DNA from: Octopus sinensis | Taxonomy: Eukaryota | Length of the DNA stretch: 64,000 nt | Assembly: GCF_006345805.1 (NCBI RefSeq) | Contig: NC_042997.1 | Location: forward strand, 204,538,001 to 204,602,000 | Direction: 5' to 3' | Part shown: positions 25,451-38,764 of the stretch, piece by piece | How positions within the stretch are numbered: position 1 is the stretch's first letter | Layout of the letters: every line of letters begins with the position of its first letter | The notes under the pieces: generated by a model | What the model was told of the DNA's origin: nothing | Seen by the model: only the letters and a program-made list of their open reading frames with translations | The model's database searches: none | Position numbers and translations under genes: made by a program

Positions 25451-25590
25451 CACTAGCGTAGCTTGAGCGTGTGCCACTCAGCTTCCATTTGCCGCCCCCG
25501 GGCCCCATAAAAAGCACATATTGCCTACAGCTGACCCAAAAGTGCCACCAGGGAGGACCACCCCTACAGCCCCCACCATCTACTCTAGTG
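25451..25590. mobile_element. Short GC-rich MITE (hAT-like TIRs)
   Basis: CACTAGCGTAG / CTACTCTAGTG termini; inserted in a microsatellite. Confidence 0.5.
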
Positions 25591-25607
25591 TGTGTGTGAG
25601 TGTGTGA

Positions 25608-25668
<61 letters not shown>

Positions 25669-26409
25669 GCCTGAACTTTTACAATACATTCACACATAGA
25701 AAGCAAAAGGAATGTTGCCATATGTTATGTAATTGCACGTATTTGACTCTAAACATTGTAGAGATTATCAGTCACGTGTTGTGATGTTATCTTCGAACAC
25801 TAGATGTACTTTTGCATTACAGCAGCCTTTCTGAAGGTATCAGAAATACCTATTCTATATCTACTGTTAATGTCTTGTCATACAATCGTCTGGCATTGCT
25901 GGATACTACTATAATATTTATATGACATTTAATTGACAGTCAGGCTGGAGTTCCACTCATTTTTAATAAACTGTAAATGCTACTAATTGTGTAGCCAGAT
26001 ACCATTTGAATTACAAGAGATGAGTTTTGGCAGATAAGAGAAGGCTTATATCTAATTCTGTCTTGTAATGCCATGAATGAGAAAAAGGATAAGCTGATTC
26101 AATTATATGCTCGTTTACTGAGAATCAAAGCTGTGAAAATCATTAAAAAATCATTTATAACAAATTTTCCTTTCACCTGATGGAATCAATGAGCTTGGTA
26201 GTGTTGTTAGACTATAAACTTTGGGGTATATAATATAAACTGAGGACCTGGTGTGGATGGAAAATGGGTAAAGAATAATAAATAGATTAATTGACTGACA
26301 ACCAGAATTGGCCAAGCCAAGGTGACTTTCAACAAATGGCGTACAACTCCTGTCATGACATCAAATGTTACTGTGGAACAGAATCACAAACTGCTGGCAG
26401 CACTGCTCC

Positions 26410-27068
26410 TTCCAGGGCTTGCACCACCTGACCCACAGCCACTTTTGCTTTTTCCACAACGAAATGGATGGCTTTCTACCGACTGGTTACTGCAACGACC
26501 AGTAAGTTGAAAGTTCTGCAGAGGGTCTGGCCTGCAAATCCTCTGCATCTCACCTCAGTTGGATTGCACCTTGCTCGTCACTTGTTGCTATGACACAGCA
26601 TCACCAGCTCAGTATATTTCCATCTCTTAATCTCATTTGGGCCCATGCACCTGATTGAATGCTTCTGAGATCAGCCTCATATCCGATCTTAGTGACCTTG
26701 AGGTGAGAGTTTCTGGCAACTTCAGCTACTTCCCAGGTCGACTTTCAGCTCTCAGACTTTTGTGGTTGCAAGAAGGTCAAAGGAAGCATAGCTAGCAGCT
26801 GTGTCTTCTTCATGCTAGCTTAGATAAAGGTGATGAGAGGAGGTGCTTACAATGGCTAGTCTCAGTCTGGTAGTATCTCCTATGACCTTCAAAAGTGAAT
26901 CATGCCTCCAGCGATAGTGTCCTTCTCCCAGGGCCTTTGGACAGATACTGAGGATGCACACCAGAGTTTTCTCCTCAAGCACAGAGGCAAGGGTATGCTG
27001 GTGACACTAACTTTCTGACTTACCCCAGCAGAACAAGTTGGATGAGCTCAGTAGGACATCATAAACTG

Positions 27069-27070
<2 letters not shown>
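26410..27070 (-). mobile_element. Degenerate HERO-like RLE non-LTR retrotransposon 3' fragment
   Basis: CILSICPKALGEGHYRWRHDSLLKVI, RARCNPTEVRCRGFAGQTLCR and KWLWVR motifs. Confidence 0.75.
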
Positions 27071-27107
<37 letters not shown>

Positions 27108-27483
27108 TGTGTGTGTGTGTGTGTGTGTGTATTGAATCGTCAGTAATTCCTATATCTGAAAAGAAGCACACTCTAAATCAGGGGTTGACAAAATGGGTCT
27201 GATGGATCCTGTATGGGTCAGCGAGGAATAACAGGGTCGATGATAGCCAAAGAGTCGAATGCTGGTCAGCGTGCAAAAGACCAGCTCCCCCAGATGTACT
27301 GCTTAAAATACGTAGTCAGCACCATGGCCATCCTTCACATTGATGTTGTCAACTTCAATAAAAGATATTCCAGCAATTTGATGTGTTTTCCCACATTTTC
27401 TAACTGTGAAAACAATTTCATAAAAATTGAAACTTTAATACTGTATAGTCGTACATATAGTTTTAGAATGTAAGAAGTGTGTC

Positions 27484-27680
27484 ATCATCATCATCATCGT
27501 CGTCGTTTAACGTCCGCTTTCCATGCTAGCATGGGTTGGACGGTTTGACCGGGGTCTGGGAAGCCAGGAGGCTGCACCAGGCCCAGTTTGATCTGGCAGT
27601 GTTTCTACAGCGGGATGCCCTTCATAATGCCAACCACTCCGTGAGTGTAGTGGGTGCTTTTTACGTGCCAAGCGAGGCTG
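27484..27680 (-). mobile_element. SINE-A tail
   Basis: Near-consensus tail. Confidence 0.9.
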
Positions 27681-28214
27681 GCACTTCAATAGAATTTCGT
27701 AATTTGTCGTACATGTATATTTTAGCTAACATTGTAATTGCCAGCATCAGTCCCCAGTGTGCAGTTAAGATATGGTAGGGTAAGGTATTAAGATATTTTA
27801 AATGAGGAAGGTGTTCGATGCAGAAGGAGAAGTGGCTAAAGGGGGTCGATAAAGTTTGGCGACCCCTGCTCTAAAGCATTGGAGCAACAATGTATTTTGG
27901 GGAAGTTAAAAATAATGGCCAGTCATAGAGTGACCCTTTGTTTCGCACCTGTAAAGTGCTTAACACTGTATAGGCGACTCGCCAGACTCAAATGACTGAA
28001 GGTGCATAATCTCTCTCTAGAGCTGGAGGAAGAAATACGCAGCAGTCAGTTGGTTTTGCAAACAATAATTGTGTGTGCTGCGATTGGAGTTGTCCAAGGT
28101 TTATTTCATCCTTTATTTTCGGTGAACTGGAGTAAATAGTTATCCAGAGGAAATATTATTACCATAAATATATGAAGTCACAACTGAATCATTTGATTTT
28201 TTTAAAAGTCATTT

Positions 28215-28406
28215 TGTCTGGGGAGAGTCATTCTCTTTTAGTGCCTTAAAACGAAAATTTTAGGAAAAATAAATAAGTAAATGAGTAGAAACTTTACCCA
28301 TGAGTGTGTTAAATAATAAGGCACTAACGGAGAATGATTCTTCCCAGACACAACAAAATATGCTTCAACGCACGAACTCACATAAAGAATCTTGCAAACC
28401 GAATCC
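28215..28406. mobile_element. PLE terminal-repeat fold-back fragment (same family as 22253-22480)
   Basis: TGTCTGGGGAGAGTCATT..GTGCCTTA / TAAGGCAC..AATGATTCTTCCCAGACA and the same downstream 60 bp. Confidence 0.65.
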
Positions 28407-29144
28407 CAAAACGAAGTGTGTATGTGCTATATATAATTATATGTAATTAGAGTTACTTCCCTTGGGGTAGAAATATGAAGGAGTTATTCCCCTTGCACTG
28501 CTTTACTCCCAATTCTGTGTAATTCTATGTAAACTAGTGACGGTGTATAATGACAACAGTAAGATAACAAATGAAGTCACACAGGTGTTTAAGACCAGCA
28601 TTTCTCCTGAAAACATTAACTACAACAACAGGTAAACTAAACAAATCAATGTACCGAAATTCTTTAGATGGGAAAAACAATCTGAGCCAATTCAAATCCT
28701 ATCAATGGACTTGTTTCATTGATTACCCTTAATGTGTTTTTGCTGTATATAATATCACTTTATATTCAGAGTCTTAGTAATTAATTCATTTATGATACTA
28801 AAATATATTGACATGCTTAAAACCTATTTATCTAAACAGAGTTTTCAACATAGTTTACTTATAAAGCTGCTATTTTCTTGGTATAATAGCTGGGTTCAAT
28901 TGAAATCAGTTTTGCAGTTAGAATAGCGGATTTAATCCCTTAAATCCCTTATTAGGTTTAATCTCTCCATCTAACCATCTTAGGTGCCTTTAACAAAATC
29001 CACTGTGTCGCAAGCATTCAGGCCAGGCCTCTCTGATTTGGGAATCACTTCCTCCTTCAATTCCACCAATCTCAAAGCCCCTGATAAAAGGTCCATCGTC
29101 CCTGGCACTACCTTTCTTCCTCCTATAAGTAATTCATATAATAG

Positions 29145-29484
29145 GTGCAGGCATAGCTGTGTGGTAAGAACCTTGTTTCCCAATCACATGGTTCTATGTT
29201 CAGTCCCACTGCATGACGTGTTGGGCAAGTGTCTTCTATTCTAACCATGGGCTGATCAAAGCCTCATGAGTGGATTTGGTAGACAAAACTGAAACATCTC
29301 CATATATATATATATATATATGCACATGTGTCCTTGCGCCTGTCCTTGCTCCGACCCGACCCGACCCCACTGCTTGACAACTGGTATTCATATGTCTACA
29401 TCCTTGTAACTTAGCAGTATGGCAAAGAGACTAGCAAAATAGGTGAGACTAGATGAGTTGTAGTGCACCTGAGCACTGTACACA

Positions 29485-29515
<31 letters not shown>

Positions 29516-29670
29516 TAAAATAAGTACCTGGCTAAAAAAAACAACAAAAAAAAACAAAAACAGAGATTAACTATTGGGGTCAATTTATTGACTAAAAATG
29601 TTTCAAAATGGTGCCCCAGCATGGCCGCAGTCCTATGACAGAAACAAATAAAAGATTAAATAAAATAAAT
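29145..29670 (+). mobile_element. CORE-like SINE family C2, interrupted by a LINE tail
   Basis: tRNA-like head, TTGGGCAAGTGTCTTCTA core and standard tail. Confidence 0.85.
29450..29516 (+). mobile_element. Extremely 5'-truncated copy of the 17139 CR1/L2 LINE (3' tail only)
   Basis: TAGATGAGTTGTAGTGCACCTGAGCACTGTACACAATTATTATT matches 17685-17743 with one substitution. Confidence 0.9.
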
Positions 29671-30239
29671 ATATCCTTACGTTTCATTTCATATCATGTC
29701 CAAATGCTTGGAACATAAAAATATTTTTGCTTTACAGAATATTTGGATTTCCAACTGCTGGTTGTTTTATTTGACTTTAATCTTTTAGTCGGGGGAGAAG
29801 ACAGTGCTCAGAACCTGTTAAAGCACCTTGAAGACTAATAGGAGGGTGGTATCCTCAACCTGAAAAGCTACCTGAATGCTTGCAACAGAGTGCGCCTCTG
29901 CTAAATATGGCTAAAACACTTCATTGTGGTATTAACCTGGGGCATGGATTAAGTCCACCGCCCATGTAGGCCATGGCAGGACTTGAAATCTGAATACAAA
30001 GTGCTGGACACAAATACCACAAGGTATCCATCTCAACAGTCTTACAATTTCATCACTCCATCACCTTGAATTGTTACTTTTTTATTGATCCTGAAAACAT
30101 GGAAGGCAAAATTGACCTCAGTTGGACTTCAACTCAAAGTGAAGAGAGCCAGAACAAACAAACACCATGTGGGATTCTGTCTGCATCTCTTACACCTCTG
30201 CCAGTTCACATGGTGTAAAGTAAATTATGGCACAGAACC

Positions 30240-30608
30240 TGACCTCACCTTTACAATGGCAATTTATCATGTGGGAACAATGTAAATTTACTTTATATAA
30301 AGCACCATCCAAACGTGGCCGATGCCAGCGCCACCTTGACTGGCTTCCGTGCCGGTGGCACGTAAAAAGTACCAATCCGATCGTAGCCGTTGCCAGCCTC
30401 ACCTGGCACCTGTGCCGGTGGCATGTAAAAAGCACCCACTACACTCACAGAGTGATTGGCATTAGCAAGGGCATCCAGCTGTAGAAACACTGCCAGATCA
30501 GACTGGAGCCTGGTGCAGCCTTCTGGCTTCCCAGATTTCCAGTTGAACCGTCCAACCCATGCTAGCATGGAGAATGGACGTTAAACGATGATGATGATGA
30601 TGATGATT
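30240..30608 (+). mobile_element. SINE-A copy
   Basis: Two subrepeats + tail + (GAT)n. Confidence 0.9.
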
Positions 30609-30714
30609 GAAGTAGTTTAACCCAAGAAGTTGTTGTTTAACCCCAGGTCAGTTTCAATCTATAATTCCAGCTTTGCCCATCCTCTTGATTTTAGCATGTC
30701 TATGGCTACAGTGT

Positions 30715-31020
30715 GGAGGCTCATGGCCTAGTGGTTAGAGTAGTGAACTTGCGGTCAAGGGATTGTAGGTTCGAATCTCAGACTTGGCTATGTGTGTGTT
30801 TATGAGCGAAACACCTAAGCTCCACGTGGCCCCGGCAGAAGGGAATGGCAAACTTCTGCTGACTCTTTCACCACAACTTTCTCTCATTCTTTCTTCCTGC
30901 ATCTAGCAACTCACCTGTAAAAGACCAGCGAGCCATCCAGGTGGGGAACCTATATGCCAATAAAACTGGGAAACCGGCCCTTATGAGCCAGGCATGGCTC
31001 AAGAAGGAACAAACAACAAC
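30715..31020 (+). mobile_element. tRNA-derived SINE family G
   Basis: GGAGGCTCATGGCCTAGTGGTTAG..GGTTCGAATC head; GAGCGAAACACCTAAGCTCCAC shared with 3785-4140. Confidence 0.8.
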
Positions 31021-31272
31021 ATGGCTACATTATCTAATGTATCTATTCGATTTTGAAGGCAGCAAGGTGTGAATATGAGGGATATTTAGTTGCTATTTCT
31101 AACAAATCCACTAACCACATAGAAGCTTTTCATTGGCTTGTTAATGAGGAAGGATTCAATAAAAGCAACTACTTACTGTTGGTACAGAAGTGTCTCTTTA
31201 AAGTTTATTCAACTTTAGATGTGTCTGTCTGAAATGGATAGAAACACAATTGGTTAACATGTATATGCATTA

Positions 31273-31670
31273 CTAGCAGTATCGCCCGGCGTTGCTCGGG
31301 TTTGTAAGGGAAATAACTATATAAGCATTTTTAGAGATGTAAAGTATAATAGCCATCTCAATATGGCTAACCACAAAGGAGGGGGGTGTTACTGTAGCTT
31401 TTTACGTTCTGAGATTTAATAATAAATTTTTAGAGAGTTACTTCCCTTATATATGCCAAAAATGCATTAAAAATGGGAAAAATTGATGGTAAATTTTTTT
31501 TTAAATCGTAGACTCATCGTAGACGCACGCTAATACCCAGAAGGGCTTGATATGAATCACGACTATAAGATACCCGGTTTTGGTTAAACTGCACCGCAAA
31601 ATGTGGGGGTAGTTAGGAATCTAAATCGTAGGAGACAGACAGCACACAACCTCACTTTTATATATAAAGA
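31273..31670 (-). mobile_element. Non-autonomous Helitron
   Basis: The minus strand starts A|TC and ends with the hairpin CCCGAGCAACGCCGGG + CTAG|T; second copy at 37667-38168. Confidence 0.85.
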
Positions 31671-32438
31671 TATCACGACAAAGTTTACTCATAATATTCA
31701 TCATAAAGCTTATTCACAATTATTCATTATAAAATTAGGAGAAATACAGAAAGATATGAAGTGGATACACACTGACTTCACAACCAAGAATCAAAACCTC
31801 ATTCCCCATGCCTCTGTCCATTGTTCTTGGACTCTGCAGTCAGAATTTGTTTGTGCTACCTGTCATCACCATTTCAGGTGAAACAGTTCGATTTAGGCAG
31901 CTCATTCAACTTCCCAGGTTATTGCTTTAGCTTTAGGAGAACTATAAGTATGAGACATCTGTAGAAAAATAGGTTTTCCTTGAGAGATCTCAGAGAGATA
32001 ACCCCCCACCCTCTGTCTCTCACTTTATTGAAATGTCAGAGTTAAAATGGCAATTCTCTTTCCATCCACAATTTTCAGAGTTAATTTCTCTTGCTTTCTC
32101 CTTTACTGTTTGCCACTTGCAGACAACAAACTTGTCACCAATGGTAAACCTTACACGAGCTTCACATCATTACTTTTTTCATTCAACACAACTCAGTAGT
32201 AATGCTCTACAACTGCAGCAAGTTCGGATGGTGCTTTTTACATATCATTGGTATGGGGAGCCAGTCAGGTTGGCACTGGCAACGACCCATGCATGAATGG
32301 TGTTTATTGCATGCCACCAGCATGGGAACCAGTCAGGTGACACTGGCATCGGCCACAACTATAGTTTCCATTTGATTGTGATTTGATTTGATTTTGATTT
32401 TGATTTACTTGACTCAATTGATCTCCTCAAGCACATAT

Positions 32439-32469
<31 letters not shown>

Positions 32470-32490
32470 ATATATATATCACATATATGT

Positions 32491-32828
32491 GGAGGTGCAT
32501 GGCTCAGTGGTTAGAGCATCAAGCTTACGATCGTGAGGTTCTGAGTTCAATTCATGGAACGGGCTGCATGTTGTGTTCTTGAGCAAGACACTTTATTTCA
32601 CATTACTCCAGTTCACTCAGCTGTAGAAATAACTTACGACGTCACTGGTGCCAAGCTGTATCGGCCCCTTTGCATTTCCCTTGGATAACATCAGTGGTGT
32701 GGAGAGGGGAGCCTGGTATGCATGGACAACTGCTAGTCTTCTATAAAAACCACCTTGCCTGGACTTGGCCTCAGAGGGGAACTTTCTAGGTGCAATCCCA
32801 ATGTTATTCATGACCAAAGGGGGTCACC
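32491..32828 (+). mobile_element. Full-length CORE-type tRNA-derived SINE family C1
   Basis: A/B-box head and CORE-like TTGAGCAAGACACTTTATTTCAC..CAGTTCACTCAGCTGTAGAAAT. Confidence 0.85.
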
Positions 32829-32854
32829 CATATATATGTGTGTGTATATATATT

Positions 32855-32887
<33 letters not shown>

Positions 32888-32889
32888 CA

Positions 32890-33290
32890 GGTATTGAAAC
32901 CATCCTCATCAAAATGCAGCTTAGATGGTCAGGTCATCTCTCACATAGGACTGATATCAGAATTGCAAAGTAACTTCTCTTTGGCCAATTCCCAACAGGA
33001 AGATCAGGTGGAAGGTTACTGTTTCACTTCAAAGACAAACTGAAATACAATTTGAAGTAATGCAACATTCCCTTTTCATCCTGGAAAGGCCAGGCATCAG
33101 AATGAAATCTTGCTTCTCCTCAATTCAAAGATCTTAGTAAATTCAACTCCCACATTGGGACCAACTTCGTGCAATCATGAAGTGACACTGGCAAAATGCT
33201 GCTCCTCTAAATGAAAACCTTACCTGTCATTGTGGTTTTGTGGCATGGAGCAAAGCAGGCCTTGCCATCTGCTCAAGGAAATGCATAGCA
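32890..33290 (+). mobile_element. RTE (BovB-like) LINE 3' fragment
   Basis: IETILIKMQLRWSGHLSHRTD.RIAK*LLFG..FKDKLKYNLK. Confidence 0.8.
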
Positions 33291-33451
33291 AATGATCCAC
33301 AAGCACTTGAACAAACTGAGTTCCCAACTTGTTCCATTAACCAAAAGGTTTGCAAGGCACCAGCTGGCCTCAAGAGACATATTCATGTCCATAGAACATG
33401 ATTACTGCTCTATTTTACTGAACCATCATTTGTCATTCATGATGATAGAAT

Positions 33452-33492
<41 letters not shown>

Positions 33493-34499
33493 GTACAAGA
33501 ATCTCTCATATTGTGAAAATGTAATATTCCTGAAAATTAAGCCACAACATGAGATTCTGTAGTCAGTATAAAACTGACAGGAACAAAATGTTTCTCTAAT
33601 GTGGTGGTTGGTTATAGCTATATCTATATATATGATATGTGTTGTATTATAGCTGTGAACAGTGATTATAGCTGTAAATATTGATTGAAACTATTACAAT
33701 TTGGTGGAAAATTTTAATGTGCATCTAAACTTTTGCGTGAATCAATTATGTTAAATTGATTAAAACCAAGGAAAACTTCAAAAGCAAACAGATTAATGGG
33801 TATCTGTTTAGAGAGGAATTTTATAAAAGTTATATAAAATAGTTGATGATATTACCTAATATTCACCTAAATTCCTTAGGTTTTGGCATCAACCATTAAT
33901 TAGATCTGGCTGATGGATTAGCAGAGGAAAATATAAAAGAAGGTAATCAGGATGATAATGCCAAGTCTTCAACAAATGCTATATTTCCAGATGAAATCAT
34001 TGTTTGTAAATTAATAATTTCATAGTCTTTTAGCATGAAACTGAAATTCTCATTATGAGATGTCTGCAAAACAAATCCTGGAATTCTTCAACAATTGAAG
34101 ATAACAGACTGACTTTGAAGAAGGAATTATAAAAGTTCTTGGAATTAAATGATTTAATAGTGAGAACATATTGGTGATGGTTATTTTAATTATTTTGTTA
34201 TTATAATTGTTGTTTCATCTCACAGAGGCTCCCATACTGAAAATACAAAAAAACATTTGGTTTTGAAATTAGTAGATTCCATTCACTTACATTCACACTT
34301 ATTTTGTGGGGAGAAAAAGCACCCCAAAACAAAGATGTGTCTTAAAATAGAATCTTACTTGTCAGAGATATTTTGCCTGAGTGAACCTAATGGATCTCAC
34401 AACGAGCAATTAAATAATATTAGAATGGAAGGATTAAGAATTAATAGTTTTGCTCATGAATACATAACGATCCTATTGACAGATTACAGTTGAGATATT

Positions 34500-34730
34500 A
34501 ATTCTTTACTACCCACAAAGGGCCAAACATAGAGGGGACAAACAAGGACAGACAAAGAGATTAAGTTGATTACATCGACCCCAGTGCGAAACTGGTACTT
34601 AATTTATCGACCCCGAAAGGATGAAAGGCAAAGTCAACCTCGGCGGAATTTGAACTCAGAACGTAATGACAGACGAAATAACGCTAAGCATTTTGCCCGG
34701 CGTGCTAACGATTCTGCCAGCTCGACAAGC
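34500..34730 (-). mobile_element. SINE-M (tRNA head + Meta-like domain)
   Basis: Minus strand GTTCAAATTCCGCCGAGGTTGACTTTGCCTTTCATCCTTTCGGGGTCGATAAA. Other copies at about 5680, 30060, 34805, 45052, 46560, 53100 and 63240. Confidence 0.8.
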
Positions 34731-35159
34731 GTATCTTTATTCAGGAATACCTCAGTTACAACAGCTAATGTGGCTAATACCTGTTGATATTTACTGCATG
34801 AGTAAGGCAGCGAGCTGGCTGAATCATTAGCATGCAGGACTAAATTCTTGGCAGTATTTATATCATATACATGTGGAGGCGCATGGCTCAGTGGTTAAAG
34901 CATTGAGCTTATGATCATGAGGTTGTGAGTTCGATTCCTGGACCAAGTTCAGATTCTGCTGAGGTCAGTTTTGCTTTTTATCCTTTTGGGGTCAATTAAA
35001 CAAGTACCAGTGGAACACTTAGGTCGATGTAATCAACCTATACCCTCCCTTGAAATCACTGGCCTTGTGCCAAAATTTGAAACTGATATTTACTGCAAGA
35101 GCATCACAAAATTATTATTATTATTATTATTGTTATTGTTATTATTATTATTATTGTTA

Positions 35160-36085
35160 TTGAGAGACCAGTACATGCCATCAAAGTGGCACTGGAGTAA
35201 AATATATGAAGCCCAATATACCCATCATGGCTACCCATCTGATAATGGTACACCAGGCACATGCATTACAACCATATGTGTGCAACGTGGTGATCTTATA
35301 TCAAAATAAACAGCGCATGACCTTCCAGGTGGGGGCCCAGTTAGAATTTTCTTCAGGTCAAGCAGCCCATTCTGCTCAAAAGGTCCCTGAATAAGGGTTA
35401 CTTAAGGATGATGAACAAAACACCTATGTTCCCAAAGGTGAGTTATCCAAACCCCAAAGAATTCCTCTCAACACATGGCTATGATGCACCTCCACTACTT
35501 CTGCTTGTGATCAGAGATGCACATATCGTCAGTCACTGAGGGACCAGCTCAACTGGTTAAGGTCAAGCAACTGACAAGCAAATCTGTGGTATTGAGCAGA
35601 ATATTTGCTGTAGCCCATCTTTTATACTAAGAGAAAACAATGTACATGATAACACTTTCAATCAGTTTAGATTAGAAGCCTTGAGAGCAGTGTTTTGGAC
35701 TTGCTCTGCTCTCATGTCAATTCCAATTTCTTTGACATATTTCTTGAACTTGGTTGTTAGTGCTCCGAGTGCCCTTAAAACTACTGGAATAGTTCACATT
35801 CTTGCAATTTCACCTTTTAGCAGTCTATACTTTTCAATCTTTTCTAGTTCTTTGTCATTTATGCATTAATCTCCAGGTATTGCAAATCTATGATCTTGGT
35901 TTCCTTTTTTCTTTTATCTACCACAACAACATCTGGCCTCTGAGCCTGATTAGGGAGTCACATTGGATTGTAAAATCCCACAGCATCTTATGTTCCTTGT
36001 TCTTGGTGACCCCTGGTTCATGTTTGTATCATTTCTGTGCCCTGTTCAGGCCGTACTTTTCACATAACCTCCAGTGGACATGGAT
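35160..36085 (-). mobile_element. R4/Dong-like LINE 3' end (RLE domain + about 500-bp 3'UTR + (AAT)n)
   Basis: VHWRLCEKY, LWDFTIQCD, RPDVVVVD, ELEKIEKY and PVVLRALG motifs; the 3'UTR is homologous to 41131-41685. Confidence 0.85.
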
Positions 36086-36129
36086 TTGCAGGTGGGGCCT
36101 AGTTAGAATTTTCTTCAGGTTTGTTCAAG

Positions 36130-36545
36130 CTCCTGGAGTCTTGCATGCATAGCGGGCTTGTTGCCTGCAGCCTACAGTACCATGCTATTCATTCTTTTCA
36201 GCTATTTGATACTTTACTGATTATTCTGGTCATGTCAAGGAGGCAAACCTTTTGTAACAGTTCTACTGGGCACTCTATTCCAATTTCTTTTATATTCATC
36301 TTAATGCCTTCTGATACTGTTCCCAAGGAACCAACAATAATTGGCACTATCTTCACCTTCTTCATTTTCCATAGCCAGGCTATCTCATACTTAAGAGGGT
36401 TGTAGTTAACTATCTTTTTGCCTTCCTTCTTGATTATTTGTGGGTCAAAGGGGCCTGCATCATCAACTATAAAGCATATGTGGTGCATCTTGTCAACCAT
36501 CAATAGGTCCGGTCTGTTACACTCTAGCACTTGATTATTATTCAA
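36130..36545 (-). mobile_element. R4/Dong-like LINE endonuclease fragment
   Basis: NRPDLLMVDK..CFIVDDAGPFD..LKYEIAWLWKM..VPIIVGSLG. Confidence 0.85.
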
Positions 36546-36549
36546 TAGT

Positions 36550-37010
36550 TTTATTTTTATAATGTGCTTTCATTTCACTACCGAGCACAGCTCTGTGTGC
36601 CTTGGGTATGTGCTGTGGTTTGTTATGATGCTCTGATGGTTACTGTATTGAAAGTGTTTTGCATAGGATGTGTGCAGCGCCCAGTAGTGCAATTTTCTGT
36701 ATGTTATATATATTTGTAATTCCTAGTGTCTTTGTTATGTATTTGTCTGAATATTTTTTTATCAAACCTAATGCACCTACTATGATAGGAATTGTTTCTG
36801 CTTTTAGATTCCACATTCGAGTTACCTCTATTTCCAGGTCTTTGTATTTTGAAAGTTTCTCCATTTCTTTTAGAGACACGTTGTCATCTGCTGGTATTGA
36901 TACATCAATTAGAAAGCATTTATTATTATTATTATTATTATCATTACTAAAATCCCTCACAAGATGGGCTGATTTTGATTTCAACTTTGATTGTACATGT
37001 AGTGAATGAG
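36550..37010 (-). mobile_element. R4/Dong-like LINE 3' end (second subfamily)
   Basis: CFLIDVSIPADDNVSLKEMEKLSKYKDLEIEVTRMW..PIIVGALG; same 3'UTR as 40300-40710. Confidence 0.85.
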
Positions 37011-37666
37011 TGCTGAAATGGGGATAAACAACAACAGCAGCAGCAGTATCAACAACAACGGCAACAGCAACAACAACAACATATCTAAACGTGTGACTTT
37101 CGTCAGCATATAGTTTATTTAAGTTGTTAAAGAAAAATATATATGGAGAATTATTTTGTGGTTGGGAAGCTAAAGCTAGGATTACAGAGACTTCTCATCT
37201 TTCTGCTCCATAAACTGTTTTGTTTATCAAGAACACTCCAGCATATTTACATTGTAGTCATCACTTGAAGGCATTTGGGCGGACATTTATATAGTTCTCA
37301 GAAAAGAATCACATTTGTCTTAGGTATCAGTTTTGACACCTGATTGGAACCATTCCAATTTATTTACACTGTTAATGGATTTCTGAAAGGCATGAACATC
37401 ACACATTTATTTTTCTTTCTTACCACTACAAATTTATGGTAGGTCTTGATGTTTAGTTCCTAGATCTCAATCCTGACCCAGCAGGTCTTATAAACCTGCT
37501 GGGTCAAAAGCACATTCCAATCTTGACCATATCTTCTGGAAGGAATCTTGGAATCATTATGTATTATGTACTTTCCATATTTAAGGATTCTAAAATGTGG
37601 TGTGAGGGAGATTTGGCTAACCATGCAGAAGTATCCATGTTGTGGTATTTTGCCCTTATATATATA

Positions 37667-38168
37667 CTAGCAGTATCGCCTGGCGTTGCTCGGGTTTATA
37701 AGGGAAATAACTATTTAAGCATTTTTAGAGAGTTATAGCCAAAAAATAGCAAAAAAATGCATCAAAAATGGAAAAAAAATGATGGTAAATTTTTTTTTAA
37801 ATCGTTGACTCATCGTAGACATTTTTAGAGAGTTACTTCCCTTATATAATAGCGAAAAAAATGCATTAAAAATGGAAAAAAAATGATGGTAAATTTTTTT
37901 AAAAAGCGTTGACTCATCGTAGACATTTTTAGAGAGTTACTTCCCTTTTATAATAGCGAAAAAAATGCATTAAAATGGAAAAAATGATGGTAAATTTTTT
38001 TTTAAATCGTAGACTCATCGTAGACACGCACTAATACCCAGAAGGGCTCGATATGAATCACGACTATAAGATACCCGGTTTTTGTTAAACTGCACCGCAA
38101 AATGTGGGAGTAGTTAGGAATCTAAATCGTAGGAGACAGACACACAACTTCACTTTTATATATAAAGA
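37667..38168 (-). mobile_element. Non-autonomous Helitron with internal about 100-bp tandem repeats
   Basis: Same termini as 31273-31670; about three tandem units at 37719-38025. Confidence 0.85.
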
Positions 38169-38545
38169 TATTCCAGTTTTTAAATTAACATTTTGTATTG
38201 TATTGTCATAGGCATGGCAGTGTGGTTACAAAGCTTGCTTCCCAACCATTCAGTCTCAGGTTCAGTCCTATTGCACTGCACATTGGGCAAGTGTCTTCTA
38301 AGATATCCTTAGACTGACTGAAACCCACTGTTTGAAAATAGATGAGGAATGACAACAGGAAGGTCATTCACTGTGGAAAATCTGCCTCAGAAATGCTATC
38401 TGACTCATGCAAGCATGGAAAAGTGGATGTTAAATGATGATGAAGATGATGGTTTTTGTATTGATATTTGTCTTTTTATTATAGTCTTTTCATAGAAATT
38501 CTGGAAACATAATGTTGTTATGTTGCATTATAACTTATATTAGCA

Positions 38546-38764
38546 CAGTGCTTTTCAACATTTTTGCTGGAGCGGAACCCCAAGGAAACATTCCACTGGC
38601 TCGAGGAACCCCCGTGCAATAATTTAATTGTCTTATGCACACATATCTGCACAGGAGAATTAAAAATTATTGCCGATTTTAGCAGTTTTGTAACTTCTTG
38701 CGGAACCCCTGGACTGTACTGGCAGAACCCTAAGGTTCCGCGGAACCCTGGTTGAAAACCACTG
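38546..38764. mobile_element. hAT-type MITE
   Basis: TIRs CAGTGCTTTTCAAC / GTTGAAAACCACTG; perfect 8-bp TSD TATTAGCA at 38538-38545 and 38765-38772. Confidence 0.92.

Noticed and set aside
22253-28406. Invertible (flip-flop) segment, since the internal part is oppositely oriented relative to the flank in two copies
   Set aside because: More simply explained as fold-backs of the same terminal repeat truncated on different arms.
33900-34170. Possible BEL/Pao remnant (IIKVLGIK*)
   Set aside because: Single weak motif, many stops, no LTRs.
3785-34945. tRNA genes at A/B-box motifs (e.g. 4080-4140, 30715, 32491, 34875)
   Set aside because: They are SINE heads continuing into SINE bodies, with no complete cloverleaf.
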